Origin: Novakomyces olei
Lineage: Eukaryota
Length of the DNA stretch: 64,000 nt
Reading direction: 5' to 3'
NCBI GenBank assembly: GCA_016906335.1
Contig: JADEYG010000012.1
Location: forward strand, 620,001-684,000
The notes beneath the pieces were generated by a model. That model saw nothing but the letters and a program-made list of their open reading frames with translations, was not told where the DNA came from and ran no database searches. Below are positions 41,486 through 55,154 of this stretch, one piece after another. Position 1 is the first letter of the stretch; each line of letters begins with the position of its first letter. Position numbers and translations under genes: made by a program.

Positions 41486-42139
41486 ATTGCTATCAAAGCG
41501 CTTCTGTCCTGAACCTTCTCCGGCAAAACAGTCTCCGACACGTCTGCTGAGCAAACACGTTCACGCTGCTCCAAGTGTGAGCTCGTCAATCACAAAATGA
41601 TTTGCTCGAGTTTTGCGATAATCCTATCCTCAGAATCCAATCCAATCCAATTCTATTTATATTTGTTTTTGATAAGTACGAGTAGTCGAAGCTGGAAGCG
41701 AAGAAACGTGAAATATGATACAATATAAATATAAATATGTATATAAATAATTAATAAATAAATAATTGATTGTATTGGCGTACACGCAGAGTACACATTC
41801 AGATAAAGCGTTGTATTATACTCAATTTTAGAGTAGGCGACAATAGGATGGAAATTGGATAGTAAAAAAAGTAGGAGAAAAATAAAAATAAAAATAGAAA
41901 TAAAATAATAAAAATAAATAAAACCATGAATAAAACATAAATAAAACATGAACAAAATAAAACAAAATAAATATATACAGGAACCAGTATACTAGACACA
42001 ATAAAAACTAGAGAGAATAACGTTGAAAATACTTGATCATATACGAGCCTGTATACAAATCTCCCTAATACCAATCCTCTCATTGGGGCAGACGACTTGG
42101 GTCCACGATCAAGCGGCATAACGGCAACCGACTGCTCTA

Positions 42140-43231
42140 ATGGCGCAGCGAGTGCTGCTTAACCGCCTTCTTACAGCGGCGAGCACGCGCCAAGTGCCGC
42201 TGGTGCACTCCAGGCTGAGCCGGGCGTTTAATACTACGGCAGGAACCAGTGCCGAAGAGGCGACGGGTAATAGTTTCCGCGGCAATAATTGGCTCAATAC
42301 TAATGCCGGCAGTGGCCAATGGCCTTAAAAGCTCGACTACGATTAACCCAGCGGACTTTTATACCGGCGTTTCAGAGGATATCCATCGCTATGGACAGTA
42401 TATAATGGCGGCCCTGCCAAAGTTTGTCCAGCAGTACAGTGTGTGGAAGGACGAGCTGACCATCTACGTGGGCCCGACGGCGATCTTGCCAGTCATGTAC
42501 TTTTTGCGTGATCACCATGCCTGCCAATACAAGACTGCTGTGGATATTTGTGGGGCCGACTACCCTACTCGCTCTAACCGGTTCGAGATCGTTTACAACC
42601 TGCTATCGGTCCGGCACAGCTCGCGTATCCGCGTGAAGACTTATGCCGACGAAGCTACTCCTGTTCCTTCTGTTACGGAAGTCTGGTCCGGTGCTAATTG
42701 GTACGAGAGAGAGACGTACGATATGTACGGCGTCTTTTTCGTCGGCCACCCTGACCTGCGCCGTATCCTTACCGACTATGGGTTTGAAGGCCATCCCCTG
42801 CGAAAGGATTTCCCTCTAAGGTACGCTATCAATGATTACAAGATGCTCTGCCTTTGTTTTATTTTTACTGACTCGTTTTGTTATTCATTTGATTTTAATT
42901 GACTTGTTTTTTTATTTCACTTATTTTTTATTGACTTATTTGCTATTTATTTTATTTCGAGACATATTGTTACTATGGCAATACATGTCCGTCCATTATA
43001 TCGTTGACCAGCACGATCTGATAACTAATACCCAGTGGCTACACGGAAATCCGTTATGACGAAGAAAGGAAGCGAATCGTAACAGAACCGCTTGAGCTCA
43101 CTCAGGCGTTCCGTAACTTTGAGGGCGGTGCTAGCACATGGGAGTCTGCTGGACCGGGCCGCGATGACACACCAAAGTCGTTCAAACTGCCCACGCCCCA
43201 GCCTGAACCTATGAAGGAGGAGAAGAAATAG
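42140..43231 (+). CDS. NDUFS3: Complex I core 30-kDa subunit (NDUFS3/NUO-30), 2 introns
   Basis: [70 protein letters not shown]. Confidence 0.96.
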
Positions 43232-43362
43232 ATAGGTAAATTATCTTGAGTGATTAAGCATTATGAAAATACAATTTTATTGTAGATTTCACGTATATCA
43301 TTCAATCAAACAATGTAAATTCAGTTCCTATTCATAATATAATACACCGTCTATTACCAGCT

Positions 43363-44895
43363 CTAAGGAGCCCCATCCTTGTCTAGTTTCATCCCCTCCA
43401 TATCCTCCAGCAACTCATCAATTCGCACCTCAGGGAAATCAGGCTCGTCTTCCTCTTCGTCCACATCCATACCACTCTGAGCCCGAGCAGCCTTCTTTAT
43501 CTGATTCTTAGCCTTGTACAGGTTAACCGTTTGCCGAAATTCTGTATCCTCCTCAATATCCTGCAAAAATTGCTCATAATCCCGCTCTCTGCGCTCCAGG
43601 TCCTGTTTACGTGGAGCCATTTCACTCTCCTCCTTGGCGAGAGTCTTGAGTTTCCACTGCCTTGCCTTGTTTTTACGTCGGCGGTTAGGAAACGCTTTGC
43701 GTACAAGCACAACATCAGGTACTGTGCCGGTGGGCAATGTTTCAAACGTAGGGTCGTTGAAGTTTGTCACGCTTAAATGATACCCCATCACAGAATCTCC
43801 CGGCTGTAAAATGGCACCGAGATGTGACCTGACAAAGTAGGACTGCTCACTCATGCCCATCTCGGAAGAACGCATGACTTCCACGTCAGCCAGGGCCATC
43901 TTGCCCCTTGTTGGACCGAGCAGTTCTACGTCCAATACCTGAAACTCTACGAGCTCGTGCACATCCGCGAGCTGCCCAAAAGGCTGTCGCCAATAGACAG
44001 GGGCCGTAATCTCTGTCGAGGCAAGTGTAGCCGGGTCCAGTAGGTGTAGAGAGTTTGTTACTTTAGAGCACAAAAGCAGTTGCGCAACATTACCCGACGC
44101 ACGGGCCAGCGATCGAGGAATGCATACAAGATCATCACGGCAAACGGGGATGAGTTCTACCGAGTAGGTAAACTTATAATGAGCAGTTCCGTTTTTAACG
44201 TCCTTTGAAATAAGCTCCTCACTCTGTTTTGTGCGCACTGGAGTCACAGTGGACAAGAAATCCACGAATCGTACAGCGTCGTTGCGCGTAGACCAAAAAA
44301 AATCGACTCCGTCTCGAGCCTCTTTGATATTTATGCATCCAATGTGAGCATTGTGCTTCAAGATTATCTGCTCCATGTGCAGAAACGTTCGCTTATGGCT
44401 AACTTTTTGCCGTACCTGTACACACGCCTGCCACGTGTGGGCAGTGTACGTCTTTGCACAGTCCCGACACTGCTGATACGCGACATAGTACTCTACTTCA
44501 AACGTCTGCTGCAGAACAGTGGAGACGAATGCCTCCCGCTGCACAGTCAGCCGTACACGGATCCGACGTGAATGCGGTTCTGTCCATACAAAACCGGCAT
44601 CGATAAGCCGTACAGTGCTCAGCTTCCCGAGCTTGCGAAGGCACAGAGCCAACAGCTCACGTGACTCGGGCTGAGCAAAGATCCATTGGCCGGGCGGCTG
44701 GAGGTAACGGTTGCAGCCACGGCAATAGTGCACGCTTGATTCACGCGGGATTCCCTCTGTAATGTCTGTAGACAGCTTTATACAGTCCAGACACATGGCG
44801 ACTGGATTTTGGGCTATCGGAACACCACAGTTGCAGCAGAGGATTGTCGCCTGCTGCGGTGCCGTCGGCCGCATGTAATCCATACCTTCTTCCAT
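43363..44895 (-). CDS. NMD3: 60S export adaptor Nmd3 (likely start MEEGMDYM)
   Basis: ILCCNCG, ESRELLALCL, FVWTEPHSRRI, VQVRQKVSHKRTF. The ORF extension upstream of 44895 is AT-rich junk. Confidence 0.95.
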   Translation of the reverse strand: MEEGMDYMRPTAPQQATILCCNCGVPIAQNPVAMCLDCIKLSTDITEGIPRESSVHYCRGCNRYLQPPGQWIFAQPESRELLALCLRKLGKLSTVRLIDAGFVWTEPHSRRIRVRLTVQREAFVSTVLQQTFEVEYYVAYQQCRDCAKTYTAHTWQACVQVRQKVSHKRTFLHMEQIILKHNAHIGCINIKEARDGVDFFWSTRNDAVRFVDFLSTVTPVRTKQSEELISKDVKNGTAHYKFTYSVELIPVCRDDLVCIPRSLARASGNVAQLLLCSKVTNSLHLLDPATLASTEITAPVYWRQPFGQLADVHELVEFQVLDVELLGPTRGKMALADVEVMRSSEMGMSEQSYFVRSHLGAILQPGDSVMGYHLSVTNFNDPTFETLPTGTVPDVVLVRKAFPNRRRKNKARQWKLKTLAKEESEMAPRKQDLERRERDYEQFLQDIEEDTEFRQTVNLYKAKNQIKKAARAQSGMDVDEEEDEPDFPEVRIDELLEDMEGMKLDKDGAP

Positions 44896-45302
44896 GGCTT
44901 CTTGCCGAGAAGAAGATGGCGGTAGGATTTTGTAATTTTTTTGTCGCCTGCAGATAACGATACGCATACTATACACACTAATCGTCCAATAATATTGATT
45001 AATAATATGAAGCTGTACATCGTAAAAAAAATAATAAATAAATAGAATGTAAAAAAATAATAAATAAAAAGAAGTAGACAAAAGTTAAAAAAAAAAAATG
45101 ATAAAAAAAAAAAAAAAAAAAATAAGAAAAAAAAAATAAGAAAAAAATAAGAAAAAAAAAAAAAATAAATAAAAAAAAATAATATATAAATATAAATATA
45201 TTGATAATAATAATTATAATAAAAACAACACCAACAACAATAATAATAATATTATTATTATCATTATTTCTTTTAGCTCGGTATCAATATCTGACGTCCA
45301 AT

Positions 45303-46251
45303 ATGGCGGCCACAGAGGATCCAGTGCTTTTAGGAATTATCGGCGGCTCTGGCTTCTACAACATTAGCGGCTTTCATGTCGAATCTCAAGTCAATCCCTG
45401 CACTGTAAGTTGCCTTTGCGCTATTCAAATTCTAACTATTAAAGCCATGGGGATTCCCTTCGTCGCCTATTACTATCGCTCGCAGCGAATCCGGGCTGAG
45501 GGTCGCTTTTCTTGCTCGTCATGGCCCTGGACATGTGCTCCTGCCTTCAGAAGTACCTTCACATGCTAATATAGCTGCGTTGAAGAGCATTGGTGTTCAG
45601 GCAATTTTGGCATTCTCTGCCAGTGGATCGTTGCAGGAACACATTCGCCCTGAAGATTTTGTTTTGCCTACACAGATCATCGATCGGACTCGTGGACGGA
45701 ATCCAACATTTTTCGGCAAGGGAATTGTTGCTCATGTTCCGTTTGGTGAGCCATTTGATCCTTTTTTGCACAAGTTATTGGCCCAATGCCATCCGGCTCT
45801 GGAGAACGGGGTTAAACTTCACTCAAAAGGAGATATGACGATTATCTGTATGGAAGGTCCTGCTTTCAGTACTCGTGCGGAGAGCAACATGTACCGTTCT
45901 TGGGGAGGCTCTGTGATTAACATGTCTGTTTTACCAGAGGCAAAATTGGCGCGCGAGGCAGAAATCGCCTACCAAATGATTTGCATGTCGACCGACTATG
46001 ACTGCTGGCATGAGTCGGAGGAACAAGTTACAGTGCAATTGGTGCTTACTCATGTAGCTAATAATACTGCAAACGCAGGACGGCTATTGCTGGAGGCTGT
46101 TAAAGTCTTGGAGCCCGAGTTGCGTGCTGGCAATATTGGAAAGGAACTGCGTGGATCAGTTGCTGGTGGGCTGACTACGCATGAATCGTACCGTACTCTT
46201 AACCGCGAAACAGCGGAGAGGATAAAGTACATATTGCCCAATGCTTTCTAG
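45303..46251 (+). CDS. MEU1: 5'-methylthioadenosine phosphorylase, 1 intron (~45405-45444)
   Basis: LGIIGGSG, T|PWGFPS, FLARHG, ICMEGPAFSTRAES, MSTDYDCW. Confidence 0.95.
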
Positions 46252-46552
46252 ATCAATTATCCATTATCGCTGTAGCGGATAATGAATATTTAAATATCAA
46301 ATATTGCTTTTTGAATCGATCTTTTAGACATAGAAAACATTTTATTATTTACATATTACACACCAATTTCGGGCTGGTGACGTAGAAAAACATATCAGCG
46401 TACACAATCTAATCCCTACACCAAAGGACGCGTTGGCAAAACAAGTCGGCCAAAAAGTCTGGCTTTGGTTTGCATGGTACTTGACCTGGATTCGCGTGAG
46501 CCATACCCTTTCATTCCAGCCTCAACTCGTACAGTATATACACCGCCACCGT

Positions 46553-49500
46553 CTAAGAAGTACTTGGCCTGTCTCTAACCTTCTTGGAAGACGGACGTCT
46601 TGGTCTCCTCCTTGTCTCCTTGTGTTCACTATTAGCTTCATGCTTTGTGTCGCTCTTATTTTCACCTCTACTCTCACTCTTGCTGCCAGGCTTATGGCCA
46701 GTCTTGCCTCCACTCTTCTCTCCTTTCCCCGTGCTAGATGTAGTACGAGAGCTATTTTCTTTTTTCTCTTGCTGCTGCGATAGCTGGAGCCTAGTTTGAA
46801 CTCGCGCAGATTCTTCTTCCCACCATTTGGCAAATGCCTCTTCCTGCTGAATGTCGGCAAAACTCTTTTGCGGAACCTTTTGCATCTCCAGCTCCTTCAG
46901 TTCTTCCTCACGCCTCAGGATTTCTGCCATTGATGGCTTTGGTGACGCTGCCGTACTAGAGGCTGCCACCTTCTGCACCGGCGAACGAAAAGGCTCCGAA
47001 TTTGCTTGATCAAAAGAAGCCGGATGCCTATGTTTCTCCAGCACATCTTTAAACATTGCGGGCCTGCCCTCTTCTACACTCCCACTAGGAACACTTTTCC
47101 AGGGCGACGAGGCAACGCGTACCACCCTTGCCAGCTCCGAAGGATGCGATAGAGAGTTTCTGCCTTTAGACGCAGAGGAAAAGCTTTGCTTTTTAAAAGC
47201 CATGGCCGCTGAAGTATCTGCTCCTACCCGTGATTTAGGCTTGCTGGTCTCTGAAGCCAGTATTGCACTCATGCTCGGAGTCCGCGGTGTCTGTGACTGT
47301 GCAGGCTGAGGCTCACCCCAGCTCTGTTTCGCCAAAGCTCTACTGCCAGGCGATTCCTTTGGTAAGCTTCCGCTATATGAAGATTTAGAATTAGGAGTAT
47401 AATTTGGCGCAGAGGAATTGGGGTTTGGATTCGCTGCTAAATTCGTGCTTGAACTCGTCGCGCTTAGCCACTTGGAGTTTGCTCCTGAACGGGCCAGTAG
47501 ACTCGAGGGGCGGGTAAGGGAATTAGTCAAGCTACCACTTTGTGCCTCGCTATCATCGGCTGCTGCTGATGCCCGACCTGGCCTAGGAGTACTGCTCTGT
47601 CCTGGAGAAATAGGTTTCCCCCTGGCATCTCTCCACCCTTGTGGGGAGGCTAGTGACGTTGCCGGCTCAGAAGAGCTGACGCTTCGTCTTGGGGACGGCA
47701 GAGAAATATCGTCATCGTCCATGTCGAATATCAGATCCGCTGAAGTCATGCTTTTTCCATTCGCTAAATCAGTCGGCCTTACAGCCGGACTGGTCGGTTT
47801 TGAATTGCGTCTATTGCTTGAGGACGGCTGTGGGGCCATTGTTCTTTCCAGAAACATATCAGAGTCCACTAAAGGCGCAAAAGACGAAGAAGCCAGCATA
47901 GCCTCAATCTCAGCCACGGATTTGGGAGCGTCTGCCGCTTCGAGTTCCGGGTACTTTTCCCTCAATTCGAGCAGGAGCAAGTTTGATCGGGTGACAGGGT
48001 AAGCGGCAGCCTGTTTGCCCTGTACCCGCTGAGACAGGCTGGTCAACAGAGGCACCTCCCAACCTTCAAAGGCCTTTGTTTCAAGTAATGTTTCTATATT
48101 AATTGCCGCGTACTCCAAGCAGGTATCCAGCAGTCTTTGAGCAGCAAAGTTTTCTGCAAAAGTGGTGATTAGACTGATTGTTTTCAAGTTTATACAGTCC
48201 GCCAGTCTATTTTCACACACCTGTTTAAGCCGTTCCAGCAGCAACTCGTCTGCGTATGCCAACACTTCCATTACACGACTGACGAACTGCGTCATAGATT
48301 CAGCAAATGAATCGCCAAACAAATCCTCCTCCGACACCCCGTAAGAGTGGTCAATTACATAGCGCATGACATTGTACTCCAGATGCGAAAGGTCAATTGT
48401 AACGAGTCCCGGTGAAGAATCATCGCCGCCTTCAGCCTTGCGGTCAGAGAGCCAGCGAGATCCTAGTCCTGAAAACATTGTAGCAAAAAACTCACTTCTT
48501 GCACAGAGAGCAAAGGAGTGGCATTTCAGGGAAACGTGGCCGGCCAGTTTCAAATCAATGTCAGCGTACTCTGACTGTGCCTTTTCATCCTTCTCATCGC
48601 CGTCAATGAGTCGCCAGATGGGCCTCAGGCTAAGCAGATCAGACTCTAAAGACTCCGATGGTCTTTGCTGGTACACAAACCCTAAAGACTTGAGCAGGTC
48701 CGCGTTTCCCATTGCGTCTGCCAGCATTGTTACTTGCGTCTTGACCTCTCCAGCTTCCACACTCTGCCGCATATGTGGGCCCCAGACGACTAGCAAGTCG
48801 CCAGTATAAATGTAGTGCAGGTAAATGACAAGCGCCCGTACTGAAATGCCGCTAAAACGGAAGCTTGCCTCATTGCTGTTCACCATTGCAACCTGAATCC
48901 AATCTACCTGCGAGTCCAGCACTCTGGCAAAATTGCTACAGCGGCACTGCAACATGGCACGGTGCACTCTAACCTCAAAGCCCTCTGCAGACAGCAAAAG
49001 AAGGTCTGCACTATTATCAGGGACCTCCATAGAATTCAAGGTTTCCCCTACATTCTCGTCCGATACGAAATTTAAGCAGCAGTCGTGCCAGCGGGGACAG
49101 GTATACGCTTCTTCAAGATCGGCCGAGTCAGCTGTAGCAGCTGTAGCATTCCTCTGTCGAGCCCGAAAGGCATCAGAATCCTGATCACTGTCCGCTAGCA
49201 GGCTCGACCAAGGCAGGAGACTGAACAGATCCTCTTTTAAATCAGAAGCAGTCATGGGTGAAGGAGTCATAATCATATCGCGTCTAATAATCCCAATGGC
49301 ACCAGCGACACTGGACCTAACTTCAATTGCCCTTTGCATGTTGGCCAGCCGAGCAAACTTGAACTCTTTCAGCCTAGTGTCTGCCTTGTCTTCACGCACA
49401 TGCTTTCTCCTTGTCTGGCCATATACGGCCCCAGCGTTAGTGCAGACGACAAGTGCGTCTTTGAGCCCTAAAGATACTCGTGAGGCCTTCATATCTGCCC

Positions 49501-50968
49501 GCTTCGGGTTCCATACCGGCAGCAACTTGCAGTGCTTCGTGAGAGGAGGAAACACCAGTCCAGAGTCCTCCTGACTGGTATTGTTAGTGCTGTTGCTATG
49601 AGGATAAACGTTGGGAATTTCCGTGCAAAACACCTGCCCCAGCGCGTTGGCTACAGCAATAGTATGTGACCCAGAAGCAAGGCAGACAACAGACTTGAAC
49701 TGGCTGCTTGGCTGGTGAGTAAGAGCAGCGTGCCGTGAACGTGGTGGAGCCGCCAACGACATTTTAGAATGAGATCCATAAGCAAAGATCATTATCTCGT
49801 TGCTACGAAGGAGGCAGACTGTAGCCGAATCAGTGGCTGCAATTTGGACAATATCCTGTGTAACGGCTGCCACTTTTCTCGGCACAACTTGCAGAGAGCC
49901 AATAGGCGTACCCAAATGGCCCAGCTGACCCGTGTTCCAGCCCCAAGTATACAATTCATTGGCTGTTGCAACTGCAGTATGATGAGATGAGCAGGCAGCC
50001 ATAACGACACGTTTGCCCTTGAGTGATTGCAAAAGGCGTTTAGGTCGCTCTTGCACTAAATCTTCATCGTGCTTTGCACTCTCCAAGACGTAGCCCAACT
50101 GATGAAACCTGTTGGAGCCCCAAGTGTACACGTCACCGGCTTCAGTAATGGCTACAGTATGGTCCTGGCCCAGGGCTACACTGCTGACGACCTGTTGGAT
50201 ATCAGAAACTGGGGCGGGAGTAAACTGTGTATTGCGCGCGTAAATGCCAAGTCGGCCATTGCTGGCTACTCCACAGATATACAAGTTTGGCGCTGGCTCC
50301 CGTGTGATTATAGCAGTATGGTACTTTGATAATTGTACATCTACAATCTGAACATGATCAGGGAAAAGAGGTGTCGGTTGATGGCAAGAAGGCTGCCGTC
50401 GGCGATTGCCTCGGAAAAGAACGAGCCGTTCAGGGTAAGCCCGGTCATCGCCGTCGGCAAAGCCGAGGTTGTGGTTCACATTTGAGCCATACATCCACAG
50501 CTCAGAGAGACCAGAAGCTCGAGGTGGGGGTAACGTGTCGCCGAGTGAATGCCGCAGGAGATCCAGCGGCACATCGCCCGCACGATCTTTGCTTTTGATC
50601 AGATCGCGCCACGAACGCGTACTTAAATGTGACTGTCGTGTAGCCAAGCTGTAGGCTATATGTATATTGCCATTGTATAAAGCGCGATGCAGTGCAGTCC
50701 AGCCCGACTCGTAGTCTTTTAACGTGTCGTCGACCTGTCTGTTTTCTATTAATTCCGCAACGTACTCCACCTTGCCCTGACTGGCGGCCAAATGGAGTAC
50801 AGTGCGGCCGAACGCGTCTCGAAGGTTTACATCAAAGTTTCGCTTGCCCTGCCGTTTGCTCGCTGGCCCGGGTCTTATTGGCGCCTGCGTAAATTCCTGT
50901 TTTAACAGCCGTTGAAACTCTTCAAAGTTTTGGGAATAGTATGCGACAAACAGCGCATACTTTTCCAT
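46553..50968 (-). CDS. BTB1: Ankyrin-RCC1-BTB protein (Btb1/IBTK family), intronless
   Basis: DYESGWTALHRALYNGN ankyrin, RCC1 repeats (VYTWGSNRFHQLG), BTB CHSFALCARSEFF, C-terminal SFADIQQEEAFAKWWEEES. Confidence 0.9.
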   Translation of the reverse strand: MEKYALFVAYYSQNFEEFQRLLKQEFTQAPIRPGPASKRQGKRNFDVNLRDAFGRTVLHLAASQGKVEYVAELIENRQVDDTLKDYESGWTALHRALYNGNIHIAYSLATRQSHLSTRSWRDLIKSKDRAGDVPLDLLRHSLGDTLPPPRASGLSELWMYGSNVNHNLGFADGDDRAYPERLVLFRGNRRRQPSCHQPTPLFPDHVQIVDVQLSKYHTAIITREPAPNLYICGVASNGRLGIYARNTQFTPAPVSDIQQVVSSVALGQDHTVAITEAGDVYTWGSNRFHQLGYVLESAKHDEDLVQERPKRLLQSLKGKRVVMAACSSHHTAVATANELYTWGWNTGQLGHLGTPIGSLQVVPRKVAAVTQDIVQIAATDSATVCLLRSNEIMIFAYGSHSKMSLAAPPRSRHAALTHQPSSQFKSVVCLASGSHTIAVANALGQVFCTEIPNVYPHSNSTNNTSQEDSGLVFPPLTKHCKLLPVWNPKRADMKASRVSLGLKDALVVCTNAGAVYGQTRRKHVREDKADTRLKEFKFARLANMQRAIEVRSSVAGAIGIIRRDMIMTPSPMTASDLKEDLFSLLPWSSLLADSDQDSDAFRARQRNATAATADSADLEEAYTCPRWHDCCLNFVSDENVGETLNSMEVPDNSADLLLLSAEGFEVRVHRAMLQCRCSNFARVLDSQVDWIQVAMVNSNEASFRFSGISVRALVIYLHYIYTGDLLVVWGPHMRQSVEAGEVKTQVTMLADAMGNADLLKSLGFVYQQRPSESLESDLLSLRPIWRLIDGDEKDEKAQSEYADIDLKLAGHVSLKCHSFALCARSEFFATMFSGLGSRWLSDRKAEGGDDSSPGLVTIDLSHLEYNVMRYVIDHSYGVSEEDLFGDSFAESMTQFVSRVMEVLAYADELLLERLKQVCENRLADCINLKTISLITTFAENFAAQRLLDTCLEYAAINIETLLETKAFEGWEVPLLTSLSQRVQGKQAAAYPVTRSNLLLLELREKYPELEAADAPKSVAEIEAMLASSSFAPLVDSDMFLERTMAPQPSSSNRRNSKPTSPAVRPTDLANGKSMTSADLIFDMDDDDISLPSPRRSVSSSEPATSLASPQGWRDARGKPISPGQSSTPRPGRASAAADDSEAQSGSLTNSLTRPSSLLARSGANSKWLSATSSSTNLAANPNPNSSAPNYTPNSKSSYSGSLPKESPGSRALAKQSWGEPQPAQSQTPRTPSMSAILASETSKPKSRVGADTSAAMAFKKQSFSSASKGRNSLSHPSELARVVRVASSPWKSVPSGSVEEGRPAMFKDVLEKHRHPASFDQANSEPFRSPVQKVAASSTAASPKPSMAEILRREEELKELEMQKVPQKSFADIQQEEAFAKWWEEESARVQTRLQLSQQQEKKENSSRTTSSTGKGEKSGGKTGHKPGSKSESRGENKSDTKHEANSEHKETRRRPRRPSSKKVRDRPSTS

Positions 50969-51277
50969 TGCTTTTGCTCGCAGTTCCGCCTGCTACAGCC
51001 TTGTAGGCTAGCGATCCTCCAAAGAACAGGTAAAAAAATTAAAAATAAAAGATTAAAAATAAAAGATTACAAAAAACCGGAAAACTTGTTGCGCTTGCTC
51101 ACGCAGAGTTGAACGGGAGAGTCTGAGCAAGTTCAAATCTGCGTGGTTTTGTTACGCCATATCTCTGAATGAACTTGCGGCTTCAACACGAAAGCCTTGC
51201 GCTTACTGCTGCTTGCACAATTGTTGGTGACAGGGCACGTGGAGATTTTAGTCTAAATGTACCCCATTAAGCGGTGA

Positions 51278-51449
<172 letters not shown>

Positions 51450-51509
51450 TACTACAAATACAGCGGTCGAACGAGTCGAAACCTTTACGTCCTGATGCAG
51501 ATATGAGCA

Positions 51510-53222
<1,713 letters not shown>

Positions 53223-53248
53223 ATAATAATCAAAAGATACCCCTATAT

Positions 53249-53884
53249 TCAACCAAAAGAAGATGAAGATGTAGAACTAGATATTTGTTCAATTTTCCTC
53301 TTTGGTCCTGGCTTAATCTCGAATTTGCAGGAGGCAGATGCCATTTTACCGTTTGCTTCAACTCGTACCTCTGTGCCCGATACACGATACCGTGGAAGAT
53401 CCATATCAACTAACCGGCCCATGAGCAGGCAGTCAGGGATCCAGTCCTGATTCACAATACGTAAACGAGCCGAGAGACCGGAAGGATCATGAAGAGCAAA
53501 GAAACGTTTTAAATGTGCCCCGTCGTCGACAATCAAAACGTCAACTTGCTTGCTGAAGAGAGCACAAACCATTGCCCCATTTTGTTCACATTTTTCCATT
53601 CGTAAACCGCGCAGGCCCAGGCGTTGGGGTGGGTAAAAATATACCTTGAGACCGTCAAATATCTCAGCGCTAGCCGTTGTTCTATTAATTGCCGTGTCTC
53701 GGCACTTTGCCTTTTCGCACGTTTCCGGTAGCGTAGGAGACACAGCTGACGTGCTATTGGTCGAAAAAGTGTTAAGTATTCCCGCTACAATTGAGCAATC
53801 GCTGTCCGCCACATGCCCGAAAATCTGTTGCTCAAGGACGTCAGATCGTCGGAAAAAATTGTGCTTTGATTCTGTGCCGTCCAT
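53249..53884 (-). CDS. Small BRCT-domain protein resembling the N-terminal BRCT of fungal X-family polymerases
   Basis: IFDGLKVYFYPP...LRMEKCEQNGA...VDVLIVD...RIVNQDWIPDCL is a BRCT pattern with the WxxxC motif. Confidence 0.7.
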   Translation of the reverse strand: MDGTESKHNFFRRSDVLEQQIFGHVADSDCSIVAGILNTFSTNSTSAVSPTLPETCEKAKCRDTAINRTTASAEIFDGLKVYFYPPQRLGLRGLRMEKCEQNGAMVCALFSKQVDVLIVDDGAHLKRFFALHDPSGLSARLRIVNQDWIPDCLLMGRLVDMDLPRYRVSGTEVRVEANGKMASASCKFEIKPGPKRKIEQISSSTSSSSFG

Positions 53885-54213
53885 GCAGCTTCATCAAGGC
53901 GTTGGTGGGAAAGTATACAGCCAAATTGCTATCTGTCGGTTTAGTAACATGTATATTATACTATGGGGCCTCTGTCAATATTCTTGCCATATATATTATG
54001 TATTTATTATTTATGTATTTATATTTTAATTATATTTAATTACTTAATTATATCTGATTATATTGAATTATACTTATATTTAATTATAATTATATTTAAT
54101 TATATTTATATTTAATTATATTTATATTTAATTATATTTATTATGTACGCCTAAAGAACCCCAATATGCCATCGAATATAATGAAAGCGCTGGCGAGGTG
54201 AAAGCAGGCCACC

Positions 54214-54807
54214 ATGTCTTCAGGAGATCTAGCCAAGAATGTTCTTGTGCTTTTGATTTGCAAATTAGCGCTGGGCGCTATGCGGCTTGTGGATGTGCTT
54301 TTCCGTGTTACGGTCTGGATACCATGGAGCATTGGCCGAGGTGTATTTGCCTTATTCCGCTGTATTACATGGCCCATCACTACCAGTTTCCACGGGCTCT
54401 GGATGCTGTTTAGCGGCGTACTGATCCAGCTCTACCGCATTTACCTATGGCTCTACCCACTAATTGTTTTTATCTCTTGCGCTACTATTTTTGGATTTCT
54501 GGCGGCAGTTGTGCTCATGGCTGTTCGGTGGTGCGCCTTCACAGTCACTGAAAAAGCGTCACGTTCAGCCTTGCGATACTTTAGAATCGGCAGTGTGGAC
54601 TCAAGTGCGAGTGGCATTGAACCTGCCGAATACAAAGGCAAAAGGATTGCGGGCACACCAAACCATACAAGGCGGGAATCACTCCGTTTGGAAACACCGC
54701 CTGCCGTTCTAATTGGCGCGGCCGCGACAGAGCCGCCACGATTGATACCCAAAAAACTTTCCCGTATCACAGAGGACGATACGAGTGACGAGTGGATTTC
54801 TGATTAG
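54214..54807 (+). CDS. Uncharacterised membrane protein (hydrophobic N-terminal half, charged tail)
   Basis: 197-aa ATG ORF after an AT-rich promoter; TM-like YPLIVFISCATIFGFLAAVVLMAV. Confidence 0.65.
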   Translation: MSSGDLAKNVLVLLICKLALGAMRLVDVLFRVTVWIPWSIGRGVFALFRCITWPITTSFHGLWMLFSGVLIQLYRIYLWLYPLIVFISCATIFGFLAAVVLMAVRWCAFTVTEKASRSALRYFRIGSVDSSASGIEPAEYKGKRIAGTPNHTRRESLRLETPPAVLIGAAATEPPRLIPKKLSRITEDDTSDEWISD

Positions 54808-55154
54808 GAAAGACTTGTCCATTCGCTGTGTACTGTGTAGCAATTGCGTGTTAGTTCATCTCGCGCTCTATTATGAATAATAATAATATTAATTATAATT
54901 ATGGATATTAATTGAATATTAATTGAATATTACTTTCGTCTCCAATGTAAGAAAATCAGGCACTCTTCGCACTCTGTTTTGGTGAAAATTACATGAATGT
55001 GTGGATAAACGAGTTCATATACGTCATATCATCGTGATCAAACTTTGTATTCGGAGCCTTTCCATTAACCGATTAGCCGGAAAACGTACGGTGTGGATCA
55101 CAGTACGCTGTGGCCCTTTGACTTATTACGTGCAACGCTTTTTCGCGCGGTATA

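Noticed and set aside
47418-50892. Many plus-strand ORFs within BTB1 (and antisense ORFs in other genes)
   Set aside because: They are shadow ORFs of long conserved CDSs with no recognisable motifs.
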